This document shows positions 22,105-35,863 of a DNA stretch of 39,181 nt, piece after piece. The stretch is from Macrostomum lignano (lineage: Eukaryota): NCBI GenBank assembly GCA_002269645.1, contig NIVC01003736.1, positions 1-39,181 of the forward strand. Reading direction: 5' to 3'. Within the stretch, counting starts at the first letter, position 1. Each line of letters opens with the position of its first letter. The notes under the pieces were generated by a model. It searched no databases and had not been told where the DNA came from. It saw only the letters and a list, made by a program, of their open reading frames with translations. The translations under genes were made by a program, and so were the position numbers.

Positions 22105-23340
22105 TTCACTGAATCTGATTCACTGACTCTGATTCACTGATTCTCTGATTCACTGATTCTCTGATTCACTGACTCTCTGATTCACTGACTCTCTGATTCT
22201 CTGACTCACTGATTCTCTGACTTTCTGATTCACTCACTCTGATTCACTGATTCTCTGATTCTCTGACTCTCTGATTCACTCACTCTGATTCACTGACTCT
22301 CTGATTCACTGACTCTCTGATTCACTGATTCTCTGATTCTCTGATTCACTGATTCTCTGATTCTCTGACTCTCTGATTCTCTGACTTTCTGATTCACTCA
22401 CTCTGATTCACTGATTCTCTGATTCTCTGACTCTCTGATTCACTCACTCTGATTCACTGACTCTCTGATTCACTGACTCTCTGATTCACTGATTCTTTGA
22501 TTCTCTGACTCTCTGATTCTCTGACTTTCTGATTCACTCACTCTGATTCACTGATTCTCTGATTCACTGACTCTGATTCACTGATTCTCTGATTCACTGA
22601 CTCTCTGATTCTCTGACTCTCTGATTCACTCACTCTGATTCACTGACTCTCTGATTCACTGACTCTCTGATTCACTGACTCTCTGATTCTCTGACTCACT
22701 GATTCTCTGACTTTCTGATTCACTCACTCTGATTCACTGATTCTCTGATTCTCTGACTCTCTGATTCACTCACTCTGATTCACTGACTCTCTGATTCACT
22801 GACTCTCTGATTCACTGATTCTCTGATTCTCTGATTCACTGATTCTCTGATTCTCTGACTCTCTGATTCTCTGACTTTCTGATTCACTCACTCTGATTCA
22901 CTGATTCTCTGATTCTCTGACTCTCTGATTCACTCACTCTGATTCACTGACTCTCTGATTCACTGACTCTCTGATTCACTGATTCTTTGATTCTCTGACT
23001 CTCTGATTCTCTGACTTTCTGATTCACTCACTCTGATTCACTGATTCTCTGATTCACTGACTCTGATTCACTGATTCTCTGATTCACTGACTCTCTGATT
23101 CTCTGACTCTCTGATTCACTCACTCTGATTCACTGACTCTCTGATTCACTGACTCTCTGATTCACTGAGTCTCTGATTCACTGACTCTCTGATTCACTGA
23201 CTCTCTGATTCTCTGACTCTCTGATTCACTCACTCTGATTCACTGACTCTCTGATTCACTGATTCTCTGATTCTCTGACTCTCTGATTCTCTGACTCTCT
23301 GATTCACTCACTCTGATTCACTGACTCTCTGATTCACTGA
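22105..23340. repeat. Complex short-unit satellite built of ctctgatt/cactga motifs, ~1.2 kb
   Basis: Direct inspection; internal large block duplications are visible. Confidence 0.97.
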
Positions 23341-23662
23341 CCACATCTAGCACACAACTTTAGCGCCACATCTAGAACACAACTTTAGCGCCACATCTAG
23401 CACACAACTTTAGCGCCACATCTAGAACACAACTTTAGCGCCACATCTAGAACACAACTTTAGCGCCACATCTAGCACACAACTTTAGCGCCACATCTAG
23501 AACACAACTTTAGCGCCACATCTAGCACACAACTTTATCGCCACATCTAGCACACAACTTTAGCGCCACATCTCGCACACAACTTTAACGCCACATCTAG
23601 AACACAACTTTAGCGCCACATCTAGCACTTAACTTTAACGCCACATCTAGCACACAACTTAG
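23341..23662. repeat. 25-bp minisatellite (ccacatctagcacacaactttagcg)n
   Basis: About 13 units; period of 25. Confidence 0.97.
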
Positions 23663-23752
23663 CTGCCGCTAGCACTTAAATCCGCGCCAGAATGAGCACT
23701 TAATTGTTATTTAAAACGGTCCAACCAGCTCTCGAATCGCACCTACTCACAG

Positions 23753-24940
23753 GGCTCTGGATTTGTGGCCTACAACTATGCCAACCAGGTCATGGTCCAC
23801 AACAATAGGTTCATTTCATCAGACGGAAAGGTGTTCACTTATCAGTTCCTGGTGATTGGAAAAACTCGGAAGTTCTACTCAGTCAATAGTGCCAACGGAC
23901 AGTGCATGGTGTCGGACATGCCAGATGGAGTGCCGAAGCTGTGCGTGCCTTGTGAGTAACAGACTAAATGGGAGCTCCTCTTGTACGCTGGTTGGATTCC
24001 ATGATCGGTCACTCAAATTTAAGTCTCGTGTGCAGTACATCTAGTTGACTAGGGATTATATTTATAAATATTTAGAAACAATATGCATGTACATGTATTC
24101 CAACCCGCAGCCTCCCTTAAAGCAGCCGGAAGCGCCATCCTCGGTGACCCTTCCGCCGGGCACGTTCGCTGTCGAGTGTTCCAAGGACCAACACCTGATG
24201 GCAATATGACTCTGATCATGTCTCAGGAACGCTGCCTGCCAATGGCTCAGATGGTTCTGTAGGAGGGTGAGTTTCTCTGTACTTATCATCGCAGCTGGGA
24301 GTTTGAGGACCCGAGGCGTGAGCAACAGGTCATCTGAAGGAACTGGTATGTTGCTGCCAAATTTCTTAGTTTCAAATATTATCGGCTTTCAAATGCATTT
24401 TCAAGACATATTAGTACATCAAGGACACTTTTGTTGCAGCTAGAGGTTGTGGCCTAGTGGTTTAGAGCTTGGGCTCGCGAGTGAAAGATCGGAGGTTCGA
24501 TTCTTGATGACCTCGAAACAATTCATGTCATTGGGCCAGACGCTATTTCTGTATTGCTTCAGTTAAACCAGCAATAGCTGCGGCTCAGTTGTCAGTTGCA
24601 CATCTGCCCATTGGGTCACCACCAGCTATTCCTTCACTATAAATTCCTATTTTGCGCTGGCAATGAGCCAATAAATATGAGATGGCTCACCTGACCAATC
24701 ATTAACAAACTCTCCTCCTGCTTTCAACATCCCCAAGACAACACGCTGGCAATCCAGAGCTTCTTCAACCTGACCAACGGCATCGCCGATCGCAGCGTGT
24801 TCGACATCCCGCCCGCTTGCCGGGACCTCCAGCAGGACAGCACGGCTGACCAACAGCTGCTGAGGTCAGCCAGGAGTGCCTCCTCGATGGGATGGAATGG
24901 GATCGAACTCTCGCTGTTTCCTTGGTTGGAAACCCCGTGA
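23753..24940 (+). pseudogene. EPDR: Ependymin-related protein (EPDR family); 5' exon not found and in-frame TAG present
   Basis: Exons: 23753-23951 (GFVAYNYANQ...GQCMVSDMPDGVPKLCVP), 24111-24266 (GSAILG...RCLPMAQMVL*E), 24738-24940 (FFNLTNGIADRSVFDIPPAC, the ependymin C-terminal motif). Phases match. TAG at 24260-24262. It could instead be a functional gene with a consensus error. Confidence 0.75.
24442..24610 (+). mobile_element. tRNA-derived SINE, family A, copy 2 (internally deleted), in an EPDR intron
   Basis: A box TGGCCTAGTGG (24450-24460), B box GGTTCGATTC (24494-24503), and the same 3' tail as the 20905-21200 copy. Confidence 0.78.
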
Positions 24941-26557
24941 GACTGCAGCATGAATTTAGCATGAACTATTAGCACTGTTTGATTAACTGTTTACAATATT
25001 TGTCCTAATTCATTGCATCCGCAGATGCTTATTTACATGTATATCATTAGAATATAAAAAACTGCTAATAAAACAACTAACACTAAGCAAAATTATATCA
25101 GTATGAGTTTCTGTTAAATTTCTTTTAAACATCGTATGACCTGCGGCACCTTAATACGGCTGGGCTGCGGTCCAGATTTGCCTTTCCGTCATCATGCATC
25201 TAAACTGTGTTTCATCCTCTAACCGCCGTCGGAGCATAGCCGGTGTCTTCTTAATGGATTTGACCGACTTTCATTCAGTGTGGCTCTGATGCTGTCCTTG
25301 TTGGACTAGCAATCTTCGCCCCCACGTTCGGAAGAGAAAATTAAAAAAATTGAACAAACCACAGTAGCTTTAACCTGGTACAGTCACTTTTGTCTTCACT
25401 TCTTCAGAAAAAATGATGTTTAAAGCAAAAACGCATTTGCCTCAATTACTTAATCGAGAGGTCTTTTTACAGTATTATAACATGATTTAGAGTGCAAATA
25501 GGGGCGAAAATTTGAGTCTGACTTTAGGACTGGAACTTGATTTCATTTAGAGAGTACAGTATATATGGATCGTGTCTTCTCAAAAATCTTATACTTACTT
25601 TTGATGTGTGTTGTAAAAATAGGAAAAATAATCGGTGTTACTGTATTTTTTATTATGCTTACTGCTGATAAATCTGGGCCTATCTTGACAGTGGTTACCC
25701 TGAATGCTTTATTTCTACGTACGATAATAAACTAAATAATCGTTTAATATTTATCGCGGTTAATTTAACAAACCTATTACGCGCAATAGAAACGCTTTTC
25801 TTCCTTGGCCAGCAGTAAGCAAAGCAAATAAGTTATGTTTCTATGTAAAATTAAGCTTTTTTGATTGAATAAATTTTTATTACACGTAAACTTGTAAATT
25901 TGAGTATTTATCTTTCAAAGAAACTTAGAAAGGGCAAAACAAATGTTTCAAATACTATTTTCTTGTCGAACGGGACGTGTCGCCGTGTCACGACAACAGA
26001 AAAAAACAGACCATCTTTTTATGAGAGCTTTCCCAAAAGGCCTTTTGATAATAGTATCAATATTTTAGCATCTATATAATATAGTATAATAAATAATATC
26101 ATCTTAGCCTTAGGCCCCTAGCCTTGCCCTTAGGTCAAATAGGCCTAATAATACACCAAGTCTTTGAAGCTATTTTCTTTTCTTAGTTTTTCTTGCAGTA
26201 GGCTAGGCCTTTAAAATAAATAAGGGACTTAAAATTTTCTACTTTCTTATTTTTTGTAGGGCCTAATGCAAAACCTAAGTGTTAATTATTAGTATAATGC
26301 AACATGCAAAAGAATACATAAGTAAAAGTATATTTCCAACTTATATAGGCTATACAATACAACTACTAAAATAAGGTACCTAGTAAAATGCAGAATCTGC
26401 AGTGGAATCAGAATGGAATAGCACAATAAAATGCAGAATCTGTAGCAGAATGGTAAAATTTGGAATCAGTTGCAGAATTCACTAACTTGAAGTAAAATTC
26501 AAAAAATAAGAATCAAACAATATAATATATATTATACATATATACAATATAGTTTTG

Positions 26558-29028
26558 GGTGCAGCCGAAATCGTCATATTCAAAATCGTCATATGATGAT
26601 GACGACTTGAACAATTCTGGAAGACTTAAACATTTAAATATGAGTATGACGACTTTGGCCAAAGGCAAAGGTGTGTTAATTTAGGATTTCCCTACTTTCC
26701 ATACTAAGCATGTCAACTAATGCTGATTGCTGACTACTGAGACTATAATTTAATAATAGAACAGTAGAAGGGATGACGAATATCAACAAAAACAAGTTTA
26801 TGCAAAGAGAACAGTAGCAAAGAACGCGAGTTTAAGGTTATATTTTATATTTCATATTTGTAAATATCAATTATTGGCCAATTAAATAAAAACACAAAGA
26901 TAAAAATAAAATACATTTTTTATAGCTGACATTTTTATAAGGCTAGGCGCCGCGATGATGCAATATAAAATTAGTTCAAAGTTTAAAGCAAATTTCATAT
27001 TTCAGTTTTAGAAAATAAAAATGTCACAAATTAAAAATTCAAAGCAAAAGCTAGCTTGCAATCCTTAATGCAATCCTTCAGGCTGAAGCCGACTGCAGGC
27101 ACGTAGGAATCTGCAGATGCTCAGCTGCCCAGTTGTGTACAATCTCCACAGCTCCCTGAGTCGCATCTGCAGTTTGGCGTATTTTGCACGATGGTTGTGA
27201 CTTTTGGAGCCCTGTAGTACCAGTTCTGCCTGCACAGCAGCAACATTGGCCTCCTTGTATAGCAGCTGGAGTAGCATATACAGCGGGAGCTTTGCACGGC
27301 CTGCTCTGTTCTTCAGCCGACGATGCCACCCTTCTACTTCATTATTGGTCTGCACTTTCTGCAGAAAAATGCTAACATTTGTTTTGGTCCACACAGGATG
27401 TGTCAGCTAAGTCGTCTCAACGTATTCCACTAGCCGGAGCAGCCTGGCATCATTCGTGGATCTAATAATGTCACTGAACCCTATCTCCATGTGCTCAGCT
27501 GGCAGAAGCGGAAGCGCCATCAGCTGTCGACGGAAGTCCTTCGTTGGTGCATGACTCCTGAATGCCTGAGTCAGACCATCGAGTTGGATGCGGCGCCAGA
27601 CAGCTTGGCTATAATGAAATAGGCAGCCCTGTTTCCTTGTGGTAGGGAATACTTCACTAATTGCCTGCCACATAGCACCTTCGAAGTCAAGAATTGCCAC
27701 TTCAGGCACAACATTGCTAAGATGCAAATGGAGACGCCTCAGTACAGCAGCATAGTCTTGCTGAGATTTTCCTGTGATACAAAATGTGTGTATGCGCTGT
27801 CAGTAGGCAGGAAATCTACAATTTTGAATAATAAACTAATAATATTCCCAATTTCGACTTACTTGACATTAGGGCAAACACCAGAGGTACCTGCTTAATG
27901 CAGTCGTCCTTTTTCATGTAACAATGCACCGAGTATAGCTGCGTGAAAGGCTCTTTGACAACGTTAAACGTTCCATCCAGGAACCACACAGTGAAAGTTG
28001 AGTGATAAGCCGAGCGTCAGGCTGCTCAACTGGTGCTGGATTGGCATCGTCAAGTTGAGCGATGAGCCAAGCGTCAGGCTGCTCAACTGGTGCTGGATTG
28101 GCATCATCAAGTTGAGCAATGAACCGAGCATCAGGCTGCTCAACTGGTGCTGGATTAGCATTGTCAAGTTGAGCAGCGGACTGTTCAGTAGAGCCTGTCC
28201 AAAAATTACATGTACATGTACACAGTACTCGTAAAAAAGCGATCAAGCAATGTGAGTTTTTCACACACAGTTTACATGTACTTGTAACTTAATTCCATGC
28301 ACTTACACTGACTGCAGGACCAATGAAAGACAGTACCCTGGAGTCTATGGTACTCATTTAGGCTGACTGATGAACATCCTACTCTGTGCTGCCAGTGTTG
28401 ACAACTATCACACTGAAAGCCATGTTGCTTTGGTTGAACTTCTTTGTGACAAACTATGCATGGATACATTGCCTTTAGTAAGTGTTTATTTATCAGTTCA
28501 AGATTCATCAACACTCCAGTAGAGTTTGCCCCTGTTTATAAAGTTAAGCTACAGTAAAAGCGTTGCAGGAGTGCTCAAAATTCAGTTTAACCATATGCAT
28601 ATACATATATATCTCTACTCTCATTCATGCAATATATACACATGTACATCATTGTGAGATCACAGAACTCAATGTACACTGTTACATTGTACAGGGTACA
28701 CAATGTACATGCATGATCGAGATTATACTGCCCTGGCCTATAAAGGCTCGTTTAATTAGACTCCTTGGCTTTACGTATTTGACTGCATGATTTTGATGGC
28801 TCGTTTGATGGTAAGTGTGAATAAGCCTAAAGTTATAAATTGTTTTAATTTGTTTGCAACACGCTGCCGCCATGAGCTAAGATCCTTGCGCAGCCAATGC
28901 AACGCAATATGGCGATTTAGTGAATGCAGCATTGTCCAATACTGAGATGATGATGATTTAGATAATTTAGTTGTTTTTCTCGTAAGCCACAGATGACGAT
29001 CTCGAATATGACGACTTCGGCTGGAACC
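26558..29028 (-). mobile_element. Mutator-like (MULE) DNA transposon, decayed
   Basis: ~36-bp TIRs at 26557-26592 and 28993-29028 (31/36 identical). 9-bp flanks ATAGTTTTG / ATAGCTTCG (7/9). Internal transposase remnants. Confidence 0.88.
27065..28469 (-). pseudogene. PHD-finger + MULE DDE transposase pseudogene with introns
   Basis: PHD exon ~28469-28307 (CIVC..C.SC..H..C..C.QC). Exon ~28193-27865 has 3x57-bp repeats, then a frameshift into WFLDGTF...PFTQLYSVH...PLVFALMS. Exon ~27772-27065 has KSQQDY, DFEGAM, CLFHYSQA, YVETT*(TAG 27407-27409) and TNNEVEGWH. Confidence 0.88.
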
Positions 29029-31023
29029 ATAGCTTCGCCTACAGCAATGTAACTATATAAAAAAGATATATAAAGAAATTTTAGTATGATTCTATACATA
29101 CATAGTGCAACCTTCGAAATTCGGTTGGCCATGCAACTTAGTTTTAACAAAAATGCAATGTGGTTTTTGGCCAAAAAATGCGACTTACATGTAAAGAAAC
29201 CTAGAGCAAAATTAACGCAACTTTGGGTAAACGGCAGGAGTAACTATGACTGTCTTATTAAGGCAAAATGCCTCATCATCTACTTGTACTACTTTTATTA
29301 ATTTGGGTGGGCATTTTTGCAACTTACATTGGTTGGCCACCAAATTGGTCAGCCAGATCGGCCGACTGTTGCACATGTATGATTCTATATTGATGCAAAG
29401 TGAACTAGAAATAGCTGCATCTATTAGACCTACTCAAAGTAGTAATATAAGTTTTCTTATGAATAATATAGCTGATCAATATTGAAAATTATTGTCATAA
29501 TTTTCTCTTTAGTAGTTTGGTAAAAGTTTGAAAGCTTTGTTGTTATAAGATTATATATAATAGATCCTAATGCACTTCAGCTACTTTGAATTTGCATTTT
29601 AGTTAAAGTTAGTAGATTCCATTGCTTATTCTACATTTTACCATTCTGTTATGGATTACACATTTTACCAAGCTATTCCATTCCAATCCTGCCATAAATT
29701 CTGCATTTTATTAGGTGCCCTAAAATAGTCTGGCAGTAAATTAGCTATTGTCAAGTTCCATTTATTAAATTATTTTGACTAGAAAAGTACTGTACAAACT
29801 ATTTTAAGTACAAATAGCTATTTTTAAAAAACTAAGCTTAATCAGGCACTAAATTTTATGCTTAAAACTTGTTATAATATATCTGACACCAAAAAGCTGC
29901 AATAGTCTATGGCCAAAATGGTTAACAAATATCAGCATTCGAAACACTGATATGCTATCACAAACTTATCATAGATATTTAATGTTAGACCCACCTATTT
30001 GCCTGCACTAAAACAGCCACGCAGACCATGCGTGCCCACTCTGTGTTAATTTATATAACCAGCTAACTATGCAAAAAAGCAAATAAGATGCGTGGGATAG
30101 AAAATGCCACCACCTCAACATCACCTAATTGACCCTTGCTATCTCAGCAACTCCATTTAATACACCTTGGCATCTCAAAAAATTCTCCTAAACTATATAG
30201 GCATAGGAATGATGGGATGAATATCCCTTCTCCTCACTTTTTTATATTCCTATGCCCATGCTATAGACACTTGATCATTCTATATAATAGCCTAACAGTT
30301 ATGACTTTTCATTGCTTTTCTGCCTTGAATTAACATTAATTGATAGCTGCTAAATATCATTCTCTGACGCATATTAGAACTATATTGGACCTACAACTAT
30401 GTATATGACCTATATTATAATCTAGATCATAATTTTTTAAATTCAATATTGTTTTTTTAAAGATTGCTATACAGAAAAGCTAAGATGTTTTGGTGTCTTA
30501 TTAGCATGATAAATGTGATTTGTATAAATTCTTAACAAAAGAAAGGCAACACAATTTTTATAAGCATGTTTATATATTGAAATGGTTGCAACATTAGTCA
30601 AGAAAGCAGACTAAGCAATCTAGGATGCCAATGTTCATGGCACTGCTCTTGCAAGATAAAAAATTTTTTTGTCAAAGTTAGTTTTTTACATCTATCTAGA
30701 TTATTCTTTTTTTAGTTTTAGCCAACAGAAACACAATTTTTTTAAATCCATGAGCCATGAGATCCATAAGCACTTTTATTTATAGAAACATAAACTTTGT
30801 TGAACAAAAAGTAAAATTACAGAAAGCAAACAATAACTACTATATATTTTTTAACTATTTTAACACTAACATTATCCAAGATTACCTCGCATGATATAAT
30901 ATCTAATGAACTTATTTCTAATATTTCAGATTCAGCAGTTTTAAAACTCTGGATTGACCATAATCTATTTAAGTAGTAATTAGTTGTTACCAACTGAAAT
31001 CAATTATAGAAAATAAAATCTCA

Positions 31024-32194
31024 ATGGGCAACAAAGTGGCTCGTTTTATGCGCAACTACGACGCTGAGCGTCGCGCACTGAAGCTCCTGTCACGCAATGA
31101 GAAAGCTCCAGTCAGAGCTCCCAGGTTCGAATCCGAGAGAGAGATGCTCAGGCAGGTAGCGAAAGACCCAAATCTGGATGAAGCTGTCAATAAAAAGGAT
31201 GCGAGTCTGTTGGAAAATCTTAGCAAAGTCAAGGTTGTGAGCTCGGACCCGGTGACGCCACAGAAAACTGAGCAACAAAAACAGCAGAGACCTCTGCCGC
31301 AGAGGCGGTACTACATGCCTATTGGCGAACTGGGAGTGCCGGAAGTTCCACCAGAGACTGTGCCGCCTGGTAGGCTGACTCTGATGCAGTTTCAGGTAAA
31401 TAACCAGTGTAGCTCGTATGTTGTTTTAACCTTTTCGCGCCGGAGCTAGAAATACAGAAGCTTCGTTCCTGCCGACATGGTCAGCAGGGCTAGCCATAGA
31501 CTATATAGCTAGAATCTTAATGCGCCGCTTTGCAAAGCCTTTCTAGCCAAGAAGGGAGCATTTTATACTTGGCTTGGACAAATCTAGGGTCGAAAAAAGC
31601 AGTTTCAAAGTGCATTTCACTTAATGCTCACTATATAGATTATGCAGTGTGTACACTCGATATCTAGCAATAGACACTACAGTTCACTTAAAAATCTGCA
31701 AGCAGGCCTCTTTGAAATAGAAAGCACTGCACCTCCTTAAGGAGAGACCAAACTGGAACAGCTTGTTGTAAGGTATTTATTTCGATTGTAAAAGGAGTTT
31801 TAAACACTGTCAAAAATAAAGACGCACTCACTCACACACGCTCACACAGGGTCTGACTTGCTTATTGTTCGAGGCATATACAGTAGCTACACGGTATAGA
31901 TATCTCCTAGGCCCATAACAATGTGAATGTGGCAGCGTATGGAATCAAACCCGGGTTCTTAGTGGTAAATAAGTTAATTAATTCCTTGTGTATCAAATTG
32001 CTTACTGCTCGGAACGTTCGCAGGAGCTGTTAAACACGCGTCAGCCGCAGGGTACCGGTCTCCCGTCTGAAAAAGTGCAGGAACTGCTTGACTTCTATGC
32101 TCCACTGATGCAGCGCAGTGCGAACGAGCTGAAACAGCTGACTCATAAAGACAAAGACGGCGCTGCTCAGCGTGAGGAGGCTGAGCTGAAGTGA
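31024..32194 (+). CDS. NDUFAF4: Complex I assembly factor NDUFAF4 homolog, 2 exons (31024-31395, 32024-32194)
   Basis: MGNKVARFMRNYDAERRA...APRFES...KKDASLLENLSKVKVVSSDP...VPPGRLTL matches the family pattern MG...RNFN.E.RA, APR, KD..LL..LK.V.V.S.DP, P.G++. Phase-0 cag|gtaaat...gcag| junction. Confidence 0.85.
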
Positions 32195-32789
32195 TTGAAA
32201 ATCGATGACATTATAATATCAAACTCATTGATCCCTCTCAATGACGGTCTCGTGTTGCATTTTTGAATATGTCCGCCATTTATTAATTTATTAGTAGTGA
32301 ATTGATTTCTTAGCCATGTTTCATAGATCCATTCTGTAGGCTTGGTAGACACATTTTTTATTAAATTCATGAGTTTAATAGCAAAATAAATAGACACATT
32401 AATATTGGACACAAAGTAAACCTGCTTGTATAACGTTTTCTTATATTTTTTGTAATTTAATCATCGAATCGAGACACGCGCAGGGATACAGATACTCTAA
32501 AAAGCGTTTAGATACTCAAGGTTTTTAGCAATAAATAAGACAAGAAAAGATTTTTAAAATAGAATAAACTATACAATTTAAAATAAAAGTCGAAATTTGA
32601 ACATTTGATGAGTACGTTATAAATCATATACTATTCGCTAAATATAAAGTTACGCCTAAAACTAGCTACATGACATATAAATAAAGCATTTTAAACATAG
32701 CATTGAAAGCTGAAGTTACTTTTTAAGTGTTCTATAGTAGAAGAAGATAGTTAAAGTGCTAGACTGAAGCTGAAATACATTTAATAAAG

Positions 32790-33161
32790 CAGGGGTCGGC
32801 TGACTCCGGACCGCAAAACCTCAATTCAGCGCTTTGGTCCTCTGTTTTCAACTTCACAATAGCAATCTGGCCCGTTCAATGTTTGTGTCTTTTATGCTCC
32901 CTTTTCTCTAATCTCATCTCTTTTCTCTCCTTTTATCTCCTTTCATTCTCTCCTCTTCTCTTATTTCCCCTCTCCTCTCCTCTCCTATTTATCTCTTTTT
33001 TTCCTCTCTTCTCGCCTATTGCCCCTCGCCTCGTCTTTCCCATGTCTCATCTCTAATTTCTCTTCTATTTTCTCTCTTTCTCCCTTGCTCTGGCCCGCAG
33101 CTATGCATGCGCTAGATTCTTTATCTGGCCCTTGAAGTAAAAAAGATTTTGCCGACCCCTG
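32790..33161. mobile_element. hAT-type MITE (~370 bp) with an internal CT-rich tract
   Basis: Perfect 11-bp TIR CAGGGGTCGGC / GCCGACCCCTG and subterminal ggccc motifs. The 8-bp flanks taataaag / acctaaag match only partly. Confidence 0.7.
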
Positions 33162-33255
33162 ACCTAAAGCTACAAAAATATTCTACCTTGCCTTCGTTTT
33201 GTCTCAATAATGTCAAATAACATACGACACAGAGGACACAGAGCGGTAGTCTCGG

Positions 33256-35219
<1,964 letters not shown>

Positions 35220-35863
35220 TGTGAACTAAAGGTGATTGTAACTACAGAGCTCATTTCTAGAAATTTATGTTTTTTGAAGTCTTAAACTATATTTTTGGTA
35301 CCTTCTTTAAAGGTAAGAGCTTGTACATTTAAAAATAACGGTCGTGTTTAGATTTGCAATGTACAAACAAAACCTGCTCTTATTTTCTCCGAGGGTAGAC
35401 ATTCTAAGTGCTGTATTTACCCGCCTTGTGCTATTGATAAAACGTAACGTCGCACAACGATGTATATTACATCTCGGCCGGAATTCTTTCGTTTTACTAC
35501 CATAAATTTCAAAGTAACATGTAGCTTATAACTCCATGGACTTATAAGCACAGACGGTAATCTTAATATACTATGCCTTAGCTACTGACACTTATTGAGT
35601 TCGATAAGACGCTTTTGGCCATAGACATTTGATTTTGTCTCTCCATTCCCTTAACGTCGAAATTTCCGCTATGGCTCATGGCTCAGGTACAGGACACTAA
35701 AATCAAAGGGAGCTGCCTAGTGCCCACAGTTGCCTTAAGTTTTGAGCTAAAAAGAGCGTGCTAAAAGAGACGAGATTCTGCCGGAACTCGAAGTCGCGTT
35801 AATTTCATCTGCTAATTGAGAAAGCATTTTTAGAATCCTTAAAAAGCAGCAGCCTTTACCATC

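Larger units (their letters stand above)
26374..29719. mobile_element. Older non-autonomous TIR element (~140-bp degenerate inverted ends) hosting the MULE insertion
   Basis: Left end ggtacctagtaaaatgcagaat...gaatggaatagc...agaatggtaaaat matches the reverse complement of ~29575-29719. A perfect 8-bp direct repeat CTAAAATA lies at 26366-26373 and 29720-29727. Confidence 0.72.

Noticed and set aside
23341-23662. CRISPR-like array (also considered for the 48-, 27-, 25- and 23-bp arrays)
   Set aside because: Units are head-to-tail with no unique spacers, there are no cas genes, and the context is eukaryotic.
31820-31975. Possible third SINE remnant in the NDUFAF4 intron (ggaatcaaacccggg; cactcacacac)
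   Set aside because: Too degenerate to align confidently with family A or B by eye.
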